Below, piece after piece: positions 11,156-26,100 of a stretch of 64,000 bases of DNA. The DNA is from Cyanophora paradoxa CCMP329 (lineage: Eukaryota; Plantae; Glaucophyta), in contig QPMI01000514.1 of assembly GCA_004431415.1 (NCBI GenBank), forward strand, positions 372,001 to 436,000, given 5' to 3'. The translations under genes and the position numbers were made by a program. Under the pieces are notes generated by a model, which worked only from the letters and a program-made list of their open reading frames with translations, made no database searches and had not been told where the DNA came from. Within the stretch, counting starts at the first letter, position 1, and every line of letters starts with the position of its first letter.

Positions 11156-14100
11156 ATGGCATCTCTAGAGCCGCTTGTAGGCTTTGAAGCTGCCTGCCGT
11201 GCCCCGCTCCCCTCGGGGCCGCGCTTGGGTCGCTTCGCAAGTCTCACCACGCCGCAGGCGGCGGAGCGCTTTGTACAGTACGAGCGGAACGTCGTGAGGG
11301 AAACAGAGATCGCCGAGCGCCTCGTGCGGTTCCCGGATGTGCGGGCCCTCCCGCTTCCCGCCTCACCGTCGCCGTATGCGTGGCGCAGGGCACGCTCCGG
11401 AAGCCGACGCCGGCGCTTCCTGGTGCGAGCGGCGGGCGCCGTAGAAGCGATGCGCTCACCGCGCCTCCGCAGGGACGTGGGTCGTGCAGCCTGCAGCGCC
11501 CCGGGCCGACCCTCATGCGTCGTCCCTAGGCCTGCATCACACGGCTGGCCGCCCGATCAGCGCGACGCCGGCGCGCTCGGCGGCCGGCGGGGGCGGCAAC
11601 AACTCGACGGCGTCCTTCGCGAGCGGCAGCGGCAGCGGCAGCGGCAGCGCGGCGAAGCCGCCGCGGCCCTCGTCGTCGACCGTCGCGCGGGGCAGCGCGG
11701 CGGCCGGCAGCGGGGCCGCCGCGGTCGCCGCGCAGTCGCGCCTCGCCGGCGCGCCGCTCCAGGCGGGCGCGCCGATCCTCTCCCTGCGGCGCACCTCGAG
11801 CGGCGGCTCCCGCCCGCCCTCCGCCGCGCAGGCCTCCGCCAAGCACACCTCCTCGGCCCCGGTGCGCGCCCTCCCGGCCGCCGCGGGCGCGCCCGGGCGA
11901 CGGCGGCGCCGAGCCGGCGCGCAGGAGCTGTCGAACGTGCCTGGGCTGGAGGCGCCGGCGGTGAAAACGACGAACCTGGTGGACATCATGCAGGCCCGCT
12001 CCCGGTCGCCTGCCTTGCCCCCGACCATCCCCCTGTGCGCTGTCCATGCACCCCCACGCCCCCGCCTTCCTCCTCCGCCGCCACCGTGACCCTCCCCGCG
12101 CCCTCCGCCCGCAGCCGCCCCAACTCCGCAGCCTCCGCCACCGCCGCGTGCGTACCCCCCGCATTCCCGTACCCGCGCCGCTGACGGCGTGGCGCGCAGG
12201 CGCCCACCGTCGGCGGCCCTCGCGAAACCGTGCGTCGGGCCCGCCCTCGTGCGCCCCGCCGGCGGTGGGGCCGACGGGGCGGCGCGCAGGCGCCCCGGCT
12301 CGGGGGCCTCGTCGACGGCCTCCCTGCGGCCCGTCGTGCCCCTCCGGATCGTGCCCCGGCCCGCCAGCGCCACGCAGGGCGCCAGCTTCCGTTCGGACTC
12401 GGCGTGCGCGCCCTGCTTCCTTCGCCGTTGCCGCCGCCCCCTCCTCCCCTTCCGCCGCCTCCGACGGGGGCCGGCAGGTCGTCGGACTATTTCGAGGATC
12501 GGGCCGAGTCGGAGGGGGAGGACGAGGACGAGCCGGGCCTGGCGAGGAAGCAGCCCTCCTTCTTCCCCCTCGGTCAGCTCCGCGCCGCCGCCGCCGCGCG
12601 CCCCGCGTGTGCTGCCCGCCCGCCCGCCCGCCGACCGACGCGGACGGGGCCGGCAGACAACTTCGACGACGCCGACCTGGAGGAGCGGCCTGTGGAGGAG
12701 CGGATGGAGGCGCTGCGGGGGCGCTTCGCGGGGCGCGTGCCGGCGCGCTCGCGGTGGCACACGGAGGCCGGCCGCATCGAGTGGCGCCGCTGCGACGTGC
12801 TCGACCACGACCCCCTCTCCCGCCGCTTCGTCATCCGCTGGGAGGCCAACGGCCGCCAGAAGGTGAGGGGCCCGAGCCGCGCCGATCCTCGCACGCGATT
12901 CTGACTGGAAGGCCTCAGGCGGTCTCCCGCCTGAACCTCCTCTTCGAAGGGGAGAGCCTGGAGCGGATGCGGCTGCGGCGGCGCGTGGCGGCAGCGAACC
13001 GGCGCGAGGCGGAGCGGTGGTACCGCTACCAGCTGCGCGTCGACGCGCTCGACGCGGCCGGCGTCCCGCCGCTCGCGCCGCGGCAGGTGGAGTCGATCCG
13101 GGGGCGCGTGGGCCCGATCGCGGCGACGAAGCGCTCGGCGCGCTCGGCGGCGCTGCTGATGGCGGAGGCGGACGCGCACTACGTGCGGAGCCTCTGCCGC
13201 ATGGCGATGGACGCCGAGATCGCCGCCCTCGAGGAGCCCGACGAGACCCTGCCACTCATCCCCGTCCCGCGCCCTCCCGTCCCCGAGGCAGGCCCTTGCT
13301 GCCCCCCGCCCCCCCCCCCCCCCCCCCCCCCCGCGCGCTCAGCTGCGGGGCAGGTGGGGACGGTGGAGGACGTGCGGGAGCTGGGCGTCGTCTTCGCGGA
13401 GCTGCTGGCGGCCGCCGAGGCGGGCATCCCCTGGGGCGGCGCCGACGCCGGCCGCAACGTCGTCGTCCGCCCCGCCCCGCCGCCCCGCCACCCCGTTCGA
13501 GCTCGGGGCGCGCCTGATCGCGCGGCGCCGCAGACGGCGCTGCACGCCGTGATCGACCGGCTGGCGGTGAGCGAGACGCTGGACTTCTTCGCGAGCATGA
13601 CGCGCGCGCCCTACGCCCTCTCCGCCTTCTCCGACGTGCGCGGCCCCCGCGCGGCCCCCGGCCGCTCCTGCGCGGCGCGCGCCGACGCCGGCGCAGGCGC
13701 ACGCCTTCCAGCTGGAGGAGGCGATGGCGGTGGCCGGCAAGACGGTCCTCGACGGCCTCCGCGACATCGTGCGCCGCCGCCCCCGGCGCCGGCGGGGCCC
13801 CGCTGGGAGCCGGGGCGAGGCGGGGCGGGGCAGATGTACAGCGCGGTGGACCTGGAGGACCTCGAGCGGCACCCCCACGAGCGCCTCCGCTACGTCAAGC
13901 TCGGTGCCCCCGCCCCCGGCCCCGCCCCCGCCCCGCCTCTGACCCCGCCGCAGCCGGCATCACGAACCGCATGTTCGCGGACCGCATGCGCTCCGCCATG
14001 CTCCGCTCCCTCCGCTCCCTCGAGGCGGCCGTGCGGCAGTTCGTGCCGCCGCCGGAGCGGCGCCCGAGGGACCTCTCGCTCCTCTCGCTGCCCCCGCACG

Positions 14101-17100
14101 CCTTCCTCCCGCTCTTCAGCCTGAGCCTGGTGGTGGACGGGGAGGCGGGCCTCCGCTTCGAGCCGCCCCTCGAGGCCTTCACCGAGGCCGTCGCCCGCGC
14201 CGTCGAGAACGCCCTCGCGGCGCTCAACTCGCTCCACACGATCACCGTCTCGTACCTGCACGGCCTCGAGTCGCCGCGGGCCATCGAGGTCCTCCCCGCC
14301 TCGGACCCTGCCGTCCAGGAGGTCCTCGCCTCCCTGCGCGCCTCCCTGGCCACCGCTCTCGAGCAGCCGCGCGCGCTCCTCGCCCTCTACGACGAGTTCC
14401 GCTTCCTCGCGGAGGGCAGCCCCGAGGCCTACGTCGCCGACCGCACCAAGGGCGCCGCCCTTTCCGTCGCCCAGCTCGGCGCCGAGGTCGACCGCCTCCG
14501 CCACGCCGTCGCCGCCATCGACGAGCGCTTCCCCACCCGCGCCGTCCTCGACATGTTCGCCGTCAACCTCACGTCCGCCCCGCCCCGCCTGCCCTCGCCC
14601 TCGGCGGCGTCAGTCTGACCCGGGGCGGCAGCGGGGCGGACGCGGAGCTGAAGGCGCGCTCGCAGAAGGCCGGGCGCGCCCTCTGCGAGTCGATTGCGTC
14701 GGAGGTGCGGGCGGAGAACCAGCGCATCGCCGACCTCTTCGCCCAGGTCCGCTGCGGGGCGCCCTCGGCCGGCGGCGCGGGCCTGGGCTTGAGAGGCCGC
14801 CCCGCAGACGATGGAGACCATCGCGAAGGAGCCGCAGACGACGGAGGAGCTCTTCGAGCAGCGGAACTTCCTCGCCGGCCTCGACTCGCAGCTGGCGACC
14901 ATCGGGCGCGAGATCGAGAACGTGATGTCTAGCATGCAGGTCCTCGACTCCCTCTCCTACACCCTCGACGGTGCGCCCGCCCCGCCCTCTCCGCCCCGCC
15001 CCCTCCGCGCTCCCCCCGACGCTCTCTTCGGCTCAGACGCCGACTTCACGACGGCGTGGCGGACGTACTCGATGCCGGCGTCGGTGGAGGAGGCGGCGGC
15101 GGCGGCGACGCTCCGCCTGGAGTCGGCCAAGCTCGTCTTCGCCGGCGAGCTCAGCCGCCAGCTCCAGGACTTCCAGGAGTGCGCAGACGCCCCGCGAGGC
15201 GCTCCAGCATGCGACCGCAGGCCTGACGGTCTGCCGGCAGCACGATCACGGCGGTGGCGGCGCGGGTGGACGAGTTCGTGGAGAAGGGCGACGTGGAGAC
15301 GGTCGAGGAGTTCGCGGCCGAGGCGGGCGACCTCCAGGCCCAGCTCGCCGCCGCCGAGCAGGAGGCCGAGCTCATCAACTCCCGCGAGAAGCTCTTCGGC
15401 AACAGTGCGCCCTGCCCGCCGCCCGCCCCTGGCCGCTCCGCCCCACTCATCGCGCCGGCGGCCGCGCAGCGCTCACGGACTTCGCCATCCTCAAGTCCCT
15501 CGTCAAGTCCCTCGAGCCCTACGCGACCTTGTGCGCACCCGGGCCCCGCGCGCCGCTCCGAGTTGCCGTTGACTTGCGCGACGCCGCGCCCACGCAGCTG
15601 GAAGCTCTGCGCCGACTTCCAGAAGCTGTGGCAGCTCGTCCAGTTCGGCCAGGCGCGCAGCCGCACACGCTGCGGCGCGCCGCTCGCGGCCGGCGGCTGA
15701 CGTGCGGGCACGGGGCGCAGTTCACGAAGCTGGACGCGGAGCGGGTGGAGCGGGAGGTCTCCGAGGCCGGCCGCACGCTCTACCGCCTCGAGAAGTTCTT
15801 CGTCAGCCGCAACTCCGTCGCCCCCCAGACGGCCGCCGTCGCCTTCAAGAAGGTCGTCGACGAAGTCAAGGTGCCCTCCCGCTTCCATCCTTTCAGCAGA
15901 GAGACGTGACCCTGGGGCAGGTCAAGGTCCCGCTGCTGGTCTGCCTGCGGACGCCGGGCCTGCGGGACCGGCACTGGGAGAAGATCTCGGGGGTCATCGG
16001 CCAGCGCATCAAGGCCGACTCGGAGCTCACCTTCGCCAAGTGCCTCGCCCTCGGGTGCCTCTCCAAGCTCGAGGAGATCCAGGTCGGGCCCTTCGCGGAG
16101 AGCCCTTGGCTCGAGGCTTCGCTCACGGCGGGGGCAGGACGTGGCGGACGTGGCGGCGAAGGAGTACAGCCTGGAGCGCTCGATGGACCGGATCGTGGCG
16201 GACTGGAAGGGCGTCGCCTTCGCCGTCCTCCCCTACCGCTCCACCGGCACCTCCATCGTCTCCGGCACCGACGAGGCGGGCCCGCCGCGCGCCGCGAGGG
16301 TCTGGGCGTTGACGCCGTCCGCCGCGCGCAGATCATCGCGCTGCTGGAGGAGCACCTCATCAAGGTGCAGAGCATGCGGGGCAGCCCCTTCGTGGAGGCC
16401 ATCCGCGAGAAGGCCGAGGCCCTCGAGACCAAGCTATCCTCCATGCAGGAGGCGCACCCGCCTCGCCTCGCCCCCCTCCTCCTCGTCCTCACGTGTAACG
16501 CGGGGGGCAGATCCTGGACGAGTGGCTCTCGGTGCAGAAGGTCTGGCTCTACCTGGAGCCGATCTTCGGCTCGCCGGACATCATGCGGCAGATGCCGCAG
16601 GAAGGCAGCCGCTTCGCCAAGGTGCCCCCCGGCCCCGCCTGTTTTTCCAATCCAGCTCGACGACGGCCTGCGCGCAGGTGGACAAGGCGTGGCGCACGAT
16701 CATGGAGGCCACGACCCGGAAGCCCGTCGTGTGGGAGGCCACCAACCAGGAGAACCTGCTCCTGAGTGCGCCCGTGCCCGACCGCCCCCCACTCCGCCAC
16801 CCCCGCCCCCTCCACCACCACCTTCCCCCCTCCACCCCCCCCCCCCCACCACCCTCCTCCCCATCCCCCTCCACCCCCCATCCCCCCCCCCCAAAAAAAA
16901 TAAATTTGCGCCGAGCGTGGCTGAGTCGTGGGGCAGACCTGCAGGACTGCAACCGCCTCCTGGACCTGATCCAGAAGGGCATGAACGAGTACCTCGGTGC
17001 GTTGCATTCGGTTGTACATGTGTCGCTTTTTGGTCCCCGTCGCGGCCCCCCGACCGTCCGCCGCTGCAGAGACGAAGCGGATCGCGTTCCCGCGCTTCTA

Positions 17101-20100
17101 CTTCCTCTCGAACGACGAGCTGCTGGAGATCCTGGCGCAGACGAAGGACCCGCTGGCCGTCCAGCCGCACCTCTCCAAGTGCTTCGAGGTGCCCCGCCCC
17201 ACTTCCGCTCGCCGTCGGCGTCGAGCGGCGTCGAGCGGCCGCGCAGAACGTGCAGCAGCTGGAGTTCCAGGTGGACCTCACGATCACGGCGATGCTCTCG
17301 GCGGAGAAGGAGCGGGTGGCGCTGGACGAGCGGCTGAACCCGAACGAGGGCGAGTACCGCGGCAACGTCGAGCTCTGGCTCCTCCAGGTGGAGCGCCTCA
17401 TGAAGGCCGCCGTCCGTGCCCGCATCGGCACCGCCCTCGGCGACTACTCGGCCCGGCCCCGCGTCGACTGGGTCCTTGCCTGGCCCGGCCAGGTGAGGCA
17501 ACCGAACCCGTAAGCTTTAAGGTGCTGGCGCCTAAAGGTCTTTTCAGGTGGTGCTGGCCGTGAACATGATCGAGTGGACGCGGCTGGTGGAGGAGGCGAT
17601 CGGCGGCGGCGGCGGCGGCGCCGGCACCCTCGCGGAGGTGGAGCGGACGCTGACGCGCCAGCTCGACGACATTGTCAGCCTCGTCCGGGGCGACCTGACG
17701 TACCTGAACCGCCTGACGCTGGGCGCGCTCGTCGTGATCGACGTGCACGCGCGCGACGTCGTCGCCGAGCTGCGCAAGCACGCCGTCGGCTCCCTTGACG
17801 ACTTCGACTGGGTCTCGCAGCTGCGCTACTACTGGGACCCGGCCGGCCTCAAGGTCCGCATGGTCAACGCCTCCATCGACTACGGCTACGAGTACCTCGG
17901 CAACACCGCCCGCCTCGTCATCACGCCCCTCACCGACCGCTGCTACCGCACCCTCATGGGCGCCCTGCACCTCAACCTCGGGGGCGCCCCGGAGGGCCCC
18001 GCCGGCACGGGGAAGACGGAGACGACCAAGGACCTCGCCAAGGCGATCGCCAAGCAGTGCGTCGTGTTCAACTGCTCGGACGGCCTCGACTACATCGCGA
18101 TGGGCAAGTTCTTCAAGGGCCTGGCGCAAGGCGGCGCCTGGGCGTGCTTCGACGAGTTCAACCGCATCGACCTCGAGGTGCTCTCCGTCATCGCCCAGCA
18201 GATCCTCACCATCCAGCGCGCCGTGGCCGCCGACATGAAGATGTTCAAGTTCGAGGGCAGCGAGGTCCGCCTGCTCCCGTTTCCTGTTTTCGCTTCCATT
18301 TCGAGCGCGCGCCCGGCAGATCAAGCTGGACCGGACCTGCGCCGTCTTCATCACGATGAACCCGGGCTACGCCGGGCGCTCCGAGCTGCCCGACAACCTG
18401 AAGGCGCTCTTCCGCCCCGTGGCGATGATGGTGCCCGACTACGCGATGATCTCCGAGATCTCCCTCTACTCGTACGGCTTCAGCGACGCGCGCAACATCG
18501 CGCGCAAGATCGTCGCGTGCCTGCGCCTCTCGTCGGAGCAGCTCTCGAGCCAGGACCACTACGACTTCGGCATGCGCAACGTCAAGTCCATCCTGACGGC
18601 GGCGGGGCAGCTGAAGCGCAAGTTCATGGAGGAGAACGAGACCGTGCTGGGCCTGCGCGCCATCCGCGACTGCAACGTCCCCAAGTTCACCGCGCAGGAC
18701 ATCCCCCTCTTCGACGGCATCGTCTCCGACCTCTTCCCGGGCGTCGAGTCCCCCGAGGTGCGGCGGGAATGCGGACCAGTGGCCGCTCGCCCCTTACCGC
18801 GTCCCGGCCAGGTCGACTACAGCGACCTGCACGACGCGCTGCGGGACGCGGCGAAGAAGTTCCGCCTGCAGCCCGTCGCCGCCCTCCTCGACAAGGCGAC
18901 GCAGCTCTACGAGACCATTTTCGTCCGCCACGGCCTCAGTGCGCTCCCCTGTTGGGCAGCTGCTCGAGACATTGGCTTGACGGATCCTCGCGCCAGTGCT
19001 CGTGGGGCGGACGTACAGCGGGAAGAGCTCGGCGCTCAAGATGCTCTCGGCGGCCATGACGGCATGCTTCGGGCGGCTCGGCGACGCCAAGGTCCGTCTA
19101 GAGGCCGCCCGGCCGGCGCCCCTCGCTCCCCAACCGCGGATCGCGCGCGCTCGCGCAGGGCCAGTACGCCAAGGTCAAGGTCTACACGCTCAACCCGAAG
19201 AGCATCACGCAGGGGCAGCTCTACGGCGAGTTCAGGTGCGGGCCGCCCCCCCCTCGCACGTCTCGCGCGCGACTGTAGTCTTCGTCTGACGCCGGGCGCG
19301 CAGCGAGACGACGCACGAGTGGAGGGACGGCGTGCTCGCCAACACGGTCCGCCTCTGCGCCACGGACACGACGCCGGACCGCAAGTGGGTCGTCTTCGAC
19401 GGGCCCGTCGACGCCGTCTGGATCGAGAACATGAACACCGTGCTCGACGACAACAAGAAGCTCTGCCTCAACTCGGGCGAGATCATCAAGCTGACGCCGC
19501 CGATGACGATGATGTTCGAGGTGGAGGACCTGGCGCACGCCTCGCCGGCCACCGTCTCCCGCTGCGGGATGGTCTTCATGGAGCCCGGCGCCATCGGCTG
19601 GCGCCCGCTCCTCGACTCCTGGCTTGAGACCCTCCCGCTCGCCCTCGCGACCTCCGCGCCGGGCATCGCCGCCCTCTTCGAGTGGCTCGTGCCGCCGACG
19701 CTGCGGTACGTGCGGCGGCGGCTGAAGCAGCCGGTGCCGGTCGCCGAGGCGAGCGCCGTGCGGGCGCTCATCGTCCTCTACGACGCGCTCCTCTGCACCG
19801 ACCTCCGCGCCGCCGAGGCCCAGGCGAGCCCCAGCCGCCCGCCCCTCCGCGCGATCGGCGGCTCGCCGCTGACGGTTGGCGCTCGCCAGGCCGCGACCGA
19901 GGCGGCGCAGGCCGCCGCCGCCGCCGAGGCGACCGGGAAGACGATCGACGTGAACATGATCCCCTCGATGGCGGCCCTGGGGCGGCGCAACAGCCTCCGC
20001 CCCGGCGCCGGCAAGCCGACGGCCGGCACGCCCGCCGCGGCGGCGGCCACGAAAGAGCTCGCGGCCCTCGTCGACTCGCTCTTCGTCTTCGCGCTGGTCT

Positions 20101-23100
20101 GGTCGGTCGGCGCCAACGTGGACGCCCACAGCCGCAAGCTTTTCAGCGACTACCTGCGGTACCTGCTCGCCGGGAAGCCCCTCACGGAGGACGGCGAGCC
20201 GCTGGACGAGGCCGAGGACGAGGGCAGCGAGGCGCGCGCCAAGGCCCAGCCGCTCCCGGGGCACCGCAAGCTCGCCATCACCTTCCCCGAGAAGGAGACC
20301 GGTGCGCCTCTCGCTTTCATCGGCTCCCGCCCTCCGCATCGGCCCCTTCTCATCTATCCCTTTCGCTCCCCCGGCAGTGTACGACTGGAGCTTCGACAGG
20401 CAGGCAAAGGCGTGGGAGCCGTGGCTGGTCCCCGACCTCGCCATCCCCGCCGGCGCCCGCTTCCACGAGGTAGCTCGCCGCCGCTCCGCCTCGTTCCAGC
20501 GTTGTTCGGTGACGGCCCCCCAGATCATCGTGCCGACCAAGGACACCGTTCGCTTCTCGTTCCTGTTCCAGACGGTCATAAACCACCACGCGAACTGCCT
20601 AGTCACCGGGTGAGGCGACCTGGCCTCAAATAATTGGATTTTCGTTTTCTATTTTCTGAGGGCTGCGCAGCCCGACGGGGACGGGCAAGAGCTTGCTGGT
20701 GCGGCAGCAGCTGTCGACGGCGCTGCCGGCGGAGAAGTGGATCCACGCCACGCTCAACTTCTCCGCGCGGACGTCGGCCAACCAGACGCAGACGACGGTC
20801 TTCAACGCGCTCACGAAGCGGCGCAAGGGCCACTACGGCCCGCCCTTCGGGAAGCGCGGCGTCATCTTCGTGGACGACATGAACATGCCCGCCCCCGAGC
20901 AGTACGGCGCCCAGCCGCCCCTCGAGCTCCTCCGCCAGATGGCCGACCACAACGGGTGCCCGAAACTCTTAGTCTTGCAAGTCTCTGATCGGATCTTCGT
21001 CGTGCTTACATTTTGCTCCAGGTTCTACGACACCGCGACGACCTCGTGGATCGACGTCGCCGACGTGTCGCTCGCGGCGGCGATGGGCCCGCCGGGCGGC
21101 GGCCGCAACCCCATCTCGGGGCGCCTCCTCCGCCACTTCGTCACCCTGGTCAGCGATGTGATTCGCATGCAGTGCTTGAAGGAGATGCTCATGCGCTGGC
21201 CTGCAGAACATGACGGCGCTGGACGACGAGTCGACGTGCCGCCTCTTCGGCGTCATCCTCAACTGGTCCCTCCACCGCTTCCCCGTCCAGATCCGCTCCC
21301 TCGAGGGCCCTCTCATCGCCGGTGCTCGTTTCCTCTTGTAAGCTCCGTCCGTCCAAGCGTCTCACGTGGCGACCAGGCACGGTGGAACTGTACAACGCGA
21401 TCTCGGCGGAGCTCCTCCCCACACCCGCCAAGTCGCACTACCTCTTCAATCTGCGCGACCTGGGCAAGGTTCGGTCGCGCGTCGACGACGCGTCCGCCTC
21501 GTCCGAGCGCGCCGGCAGGTCTTCCAGGGCGTGCTCCTCGCCTCCGAGGCGAGGGTGACGGCGGAGCACCAGCTCGCGCGGCTCTGGTACCACGAGTGCG
21601 AGCGCGTCTTCCACGACCGCCTGGTGCCCGCCTCTCACGCCGGACCGAGTGACGGCTGCGGCCGCTCACGCGCTCGCTCCTCAGGTGAGCGAGGAGGACC
21701 GGAAGTGGTTCCACGCGCAGATGGCCGTCGTAATGAAGAAGCACCTGAACACAACGCGGGAGGCGCTGATGGCGGCCGGCGGGGGCGACCCGGCGCGCCC
21801 GCTCGTCTTCGGGGACTTCCTGGAGCCCGGCGCGGAGCCGCGCGTGTACGACGAGGTGCCCGACGCGGCGACGCTCTCGCGGCTCGTGGGGCAGTACCTG
21901 GACGACTACAACGCGATGGCGCGCAAGCCGATGCACCTCGTCCTCTTCCAGTCGGCCCTCCTCCACTGCGCCCGCATCTGCCGCGTCATCCGGCAGCCGT
22001 TCGGCCACGCGCTGCTCGTGGGGGTCGGCGGCTCCGGCCGGCGCTCCCTCACGCGCCTCGCCGCGCACGTCGCCGAGTTCGAGGTCCGCCCCGCGTCCGC
22101 TCGGGCGGGCCGAGGCGACGCTGAGGCGGCGGCAGGTGCACGAGATCGAGATCTCGAAGAACTACCGGCTGCAGGAGTGGCGCGACGACCTCAAGAAGAT
22201 GATGAGCCGCGCCGGCGGCGACGGCCGGCCCCTCGTCTTCCTCCTCTCCGACATGCAGATCGTGCGCCGGCGGCCCGCCCCCGCCGTCCCTCGGCGGATC
22301 CAAGCGCGTCTCGCAGGTGCAGGAGGCGTTCCTGGAGGACGTGAACAACCTGCTGAACGCGGGGGAGGTCCCCAACCTCTTCGCCCCCGACGAGCTCCAG
22401 GCCAACCTCGACAAGGCGAGCGCGAAAGACTTGGCGGTCGTCGCGGCCTGCGTTGACCGCGTTGGCTCTGCAGGTGGCGGCGTCGATGAAGGAGAAGGGG
22501 CGGGTGGTGGAGTCGCGGGCGGAGCTGCAGGCGATCTTCGTGGAGCGCTGCCGCTCGAACCTCCACGTCGTGTTGGCCATGTCGCCGGCCGGCGACGCCT
22601 TCCGCAACCGCCTCCGCATGTTCCCGTCCCTCGTCTCCTGCACGACCATCGACTGGTTCACGGAGTGGCCGCACGACGCGCTCCTCGCCGTCGCCTCGTA
22701 CTTCCTGGAGGACGGCACGCTCGAGGCGGGCCACGTGCCGGCCGTCGCCGAGGCCTGCGTCTTCTTCCACGAGCGCGTCCAGCGCCTCGGCCGCGAGTTC
22801 GCCCGCGGCGGCGGCATCTCCGTCCAGGTCGGACGGGCCCCGCTTCGGAAGTCTGCGCCCTCGTTGCTGAGGGGGCGGCAGGTGACGCCGTCGACGTACC
22901 TGGAGCTGATCGGGTGCTACCTCGAGCTGCTGCGGGGGAAGCGGCGCGAGGTCTCCGAGGCGCGCGGGCGCTACGAGAAGGGCCTCGAGAAGCTCCTCTC
23001 CACCGCCGCCATGGTCGGCGAGATGCAGGTCCGCCCGCCCCCCCGCCCCCCGGCCCGACGTCGACGGCGCACCGCGCTCGTGCGGCCGACGCGCCTCCCT

Positions 23101-26100
23101 CCCCCGCGCAGGTGGAGCTGGAGCAGCTGCGGCCGTTGCTGCAGACGACGAAGAAGGAGACGGAGGAGCTGCTGGTGCGGCTGGAGCGGGACCAGAAGGA
23201 GGCGGAGACGACGCGGGTGAAGGTGACGGAGGAGGAGATCGTGGCGAGCCGGAACGCGGCGGCGGCGGCGATGATCCGCGAGGAGTGCGCCTCGGAGCTC
23301 AAGGAGGCGATGCCCGCCCTCCGCGAGGCCGAGCGCGCCCTCAAGGCCCTCAAGAAGAACGACGTCATCGAAATGTGCGCTGAAGCTCGCTCCTGCTGGC
23401 TCTGTTCTGTCTCCCGCCGACGCCGACGCGGCGCGCAGGAAGTCGATGAAGAGCCCGCCGGCCGGCGTGAAGCTCGTCATGGAGGCCGTCTGCATTCTCC
23501 TCGACAAGAAGCCCAAGGTCCCCCCCATGCAGGAGGACGTCCAACTGCGGCGCATCACACTCGGGCGGGGGCGCAGAAAGAGGAGACGTACTGGGACGTG
23601 GCGAAGCGGCTGCTGGGCGAGTCGCGCTTCGTGGAGCTCCTCATGGACTACGACAAGGACAACATCCCCGCCGACATCGTCGCCGCCGTGCCGCCCCCGC
23701 GCCCCGCCCCCTCTCCCTTCCCCGTCCTCACGGCGCCTCGGGCCGGCCCCGGCAGATCGCGCCCTTCATCGCCAACCCCGAGTTCCAGACGGAGCGCGTG
23801 AACAAGTCCAGCAAGGCCGCCGGCGGCATCTGCAAGTGGGTCCGCGCCGTCGAGACCTACAACAAGGCCGCCAAGGTGAGGTGCTGCTGCGCGTCGCCCC
23901 GCGCCGGCAGCTGACAGCTCCTTCGCGGGGCAGATCATCGCGCCCAAGCGCGCCGCGCTGAAGGAGGCCGAGCAGACCCAGGCGCGCCCCTCTCGCAAAG
24001 CGCCGCCGCCGCCGCCGCCGCCGCGCGCCTGAGCGCCGGGCGCGCGCGCGCAGGCCGCGGCGGAGGCGTCGCTGGCGGAGAAGAAGGCGACGCTGCAGGC
24101 GGTGGAGGACCGCGTGCGGGAGCTGCTGCACGGCTACGCCGAGGCGAGCGAGAAGAAGCGCAAGCTCGAGGAGCAGGTGGAGACGTGCACGAAGAAGCTC
24201 GAGCGCGCGCACAAGCTCATCGGAGGCCTCGGCGGGGAGAAGGACCGCTGGATCGCCGCCATCGCCCAGCTCGGCGCCAGCCACGAGAACCTCGCCGTCC
24301 GCCCGGCCCCGCCGCTCGCCCGCGCGCCCCTCTGCGCCGCGCGGCCAACGCGCGCGGGCCAGGGGGACGCGCTGATGGCGGCGGGGGCGATCGCATACCT
24401 GGGCCCCTTCGACAGCCGCCACCGCGAGGCCGCCGAGGCCGACTGGCTCGCCTGCCTCCGCGAGCGCGGCGTCCCCTGCAGCGCCGAGTACAGCTTCTCC
24501 GTGCCCGCCCCCTCGCTCCCGCGCGCGCGCGCTCCGCCAATGAGGCCGCGCCTCACGGCGGGGCGCGGGCAGGGGGCGCTCTCGAACCCGGTGGACATCC
24601 GGGCGTGGAACATCTTCGGGCTCCCCGCCGACCCCTTCTCCGTCGACAACGCCGTCATCGTCGCCAACTGCCGCCGCTACCCGCTCCTCGTCGACCCCCA
24701 GGTCCGTCGAGCAAAGAGGGGAGACGGCCAGAGTGTGCTCGGCGCCGACGCCGACGCGGCGGGACGGGGCGCGCAGGGCCAGGCGGGGAAGTGGATCAAG
24801 AACATGGAGAAGGCGCGGTCGCTGATGGTGCTGCGGGCGTCGGACGGGGACCTGCTGCGCTCGCTGGAGACGGCCGTCGGCGTGGGCATCCCCGTCCTCG
24901 TCGAGGCCGTCGGCGAGGAGCTCGACCCCGCCCTCGACGGCCTCCTCCTCCGCCAGGCCAGGCCCCCCCCGCCCCGCTCGCCCCGCGCCTGCCGCCCTCG
25001 CGCCTGACCCGCGCTCCTCGCAGACGTTCAAGAGCGCGGGGACGCTCTCGATCCGCCTGGGGGACAAGACGGTCGACTTCGACCCCAAGTTCCGCCTCTA
25101 CCTCACCTCCCGCCTCCGCTCCCCGCACTTCTCCCCCGAGGCCGCCGCCAAAGTCACCCTCGCGCGTCCCCGCCCCTCCCCTTCTTCGTCCTCGTCTCCC
25201 GCGCCGTCTGACCCGGGGCCGCCCGCGGGAACAGGTGAACTTTGCGATCACGCCGCAGGGGCTGACGGAGCAGCTGTTGGGGATCGTGGTGCGGCAGGAG
25301 CGGCCGGACCTCGAGGAGGAGAAGAACGAGCTCATCGTCGCCGGCGCGAACAACAAGCGGCAGCTGCGCGAGATCGAGGACACCGTCCTCCGCATGCTCT
25401 CCTCCTCCCAGGGCAACATGCGAGCCCCCTCTGCTTCCCGTCCCGTCCCATCCCCCTCGCCTTCCTGCTCACGCCCCTCCTCCCTCAGACTGGAGGACGA
25501 GGCGCTTATCCAGGGGCTCGCCCAGTCGAAGTCGACGTCGATCCAGATCGCCACGCGCGTCGCCGCCGCCGAGACCACCGAGAAGAAGATCGACGAGACG
25601 CGCGAGGTGCCGCCCGGCGTCCTTCGCTTTTTGGGGCCCCTGGGGCGAGGCTGGGCGGGGGGGCAGGTGTACCGGCCGGTGGCGGCGCGGGCGGCGAGCC
25701 TCTTCTTCTGCATCTCGGACCTCGCGACGGCCGACCCCATGTACCAGTACTCCCTCGCCTGGTTCATCGCCTTCTTCGCCGCCACCATCGCCAAGGTCCG
25801 AGCCGAGGCCCCGCGCACCCGCGCGCGTGCCCGCTCTCGCTCGTGGGATCCGAACGGGGCGGGCCGGCTCAGGTGCCGCGGGACGAGGCGGGGGCGGCGG
25901 GGCAGGGGGCGGCCCCCGCGCTGGCGGCGCGCCTGGCGTCCCTCTCCGCCGCCTTCCGCGTCGCCCTCTACCGCAACGTCTGCCGCTCCCTCTTCGAGCG
26001 CCACAAGCTCGTGCGCCCGCCCCCCGCGCCCCTCCACGCCTGCCCGCCCCAACCCGCTCCCACGCGCCCGCGCCCGCAGCTCTTCAGCGTGCTGCTCTGC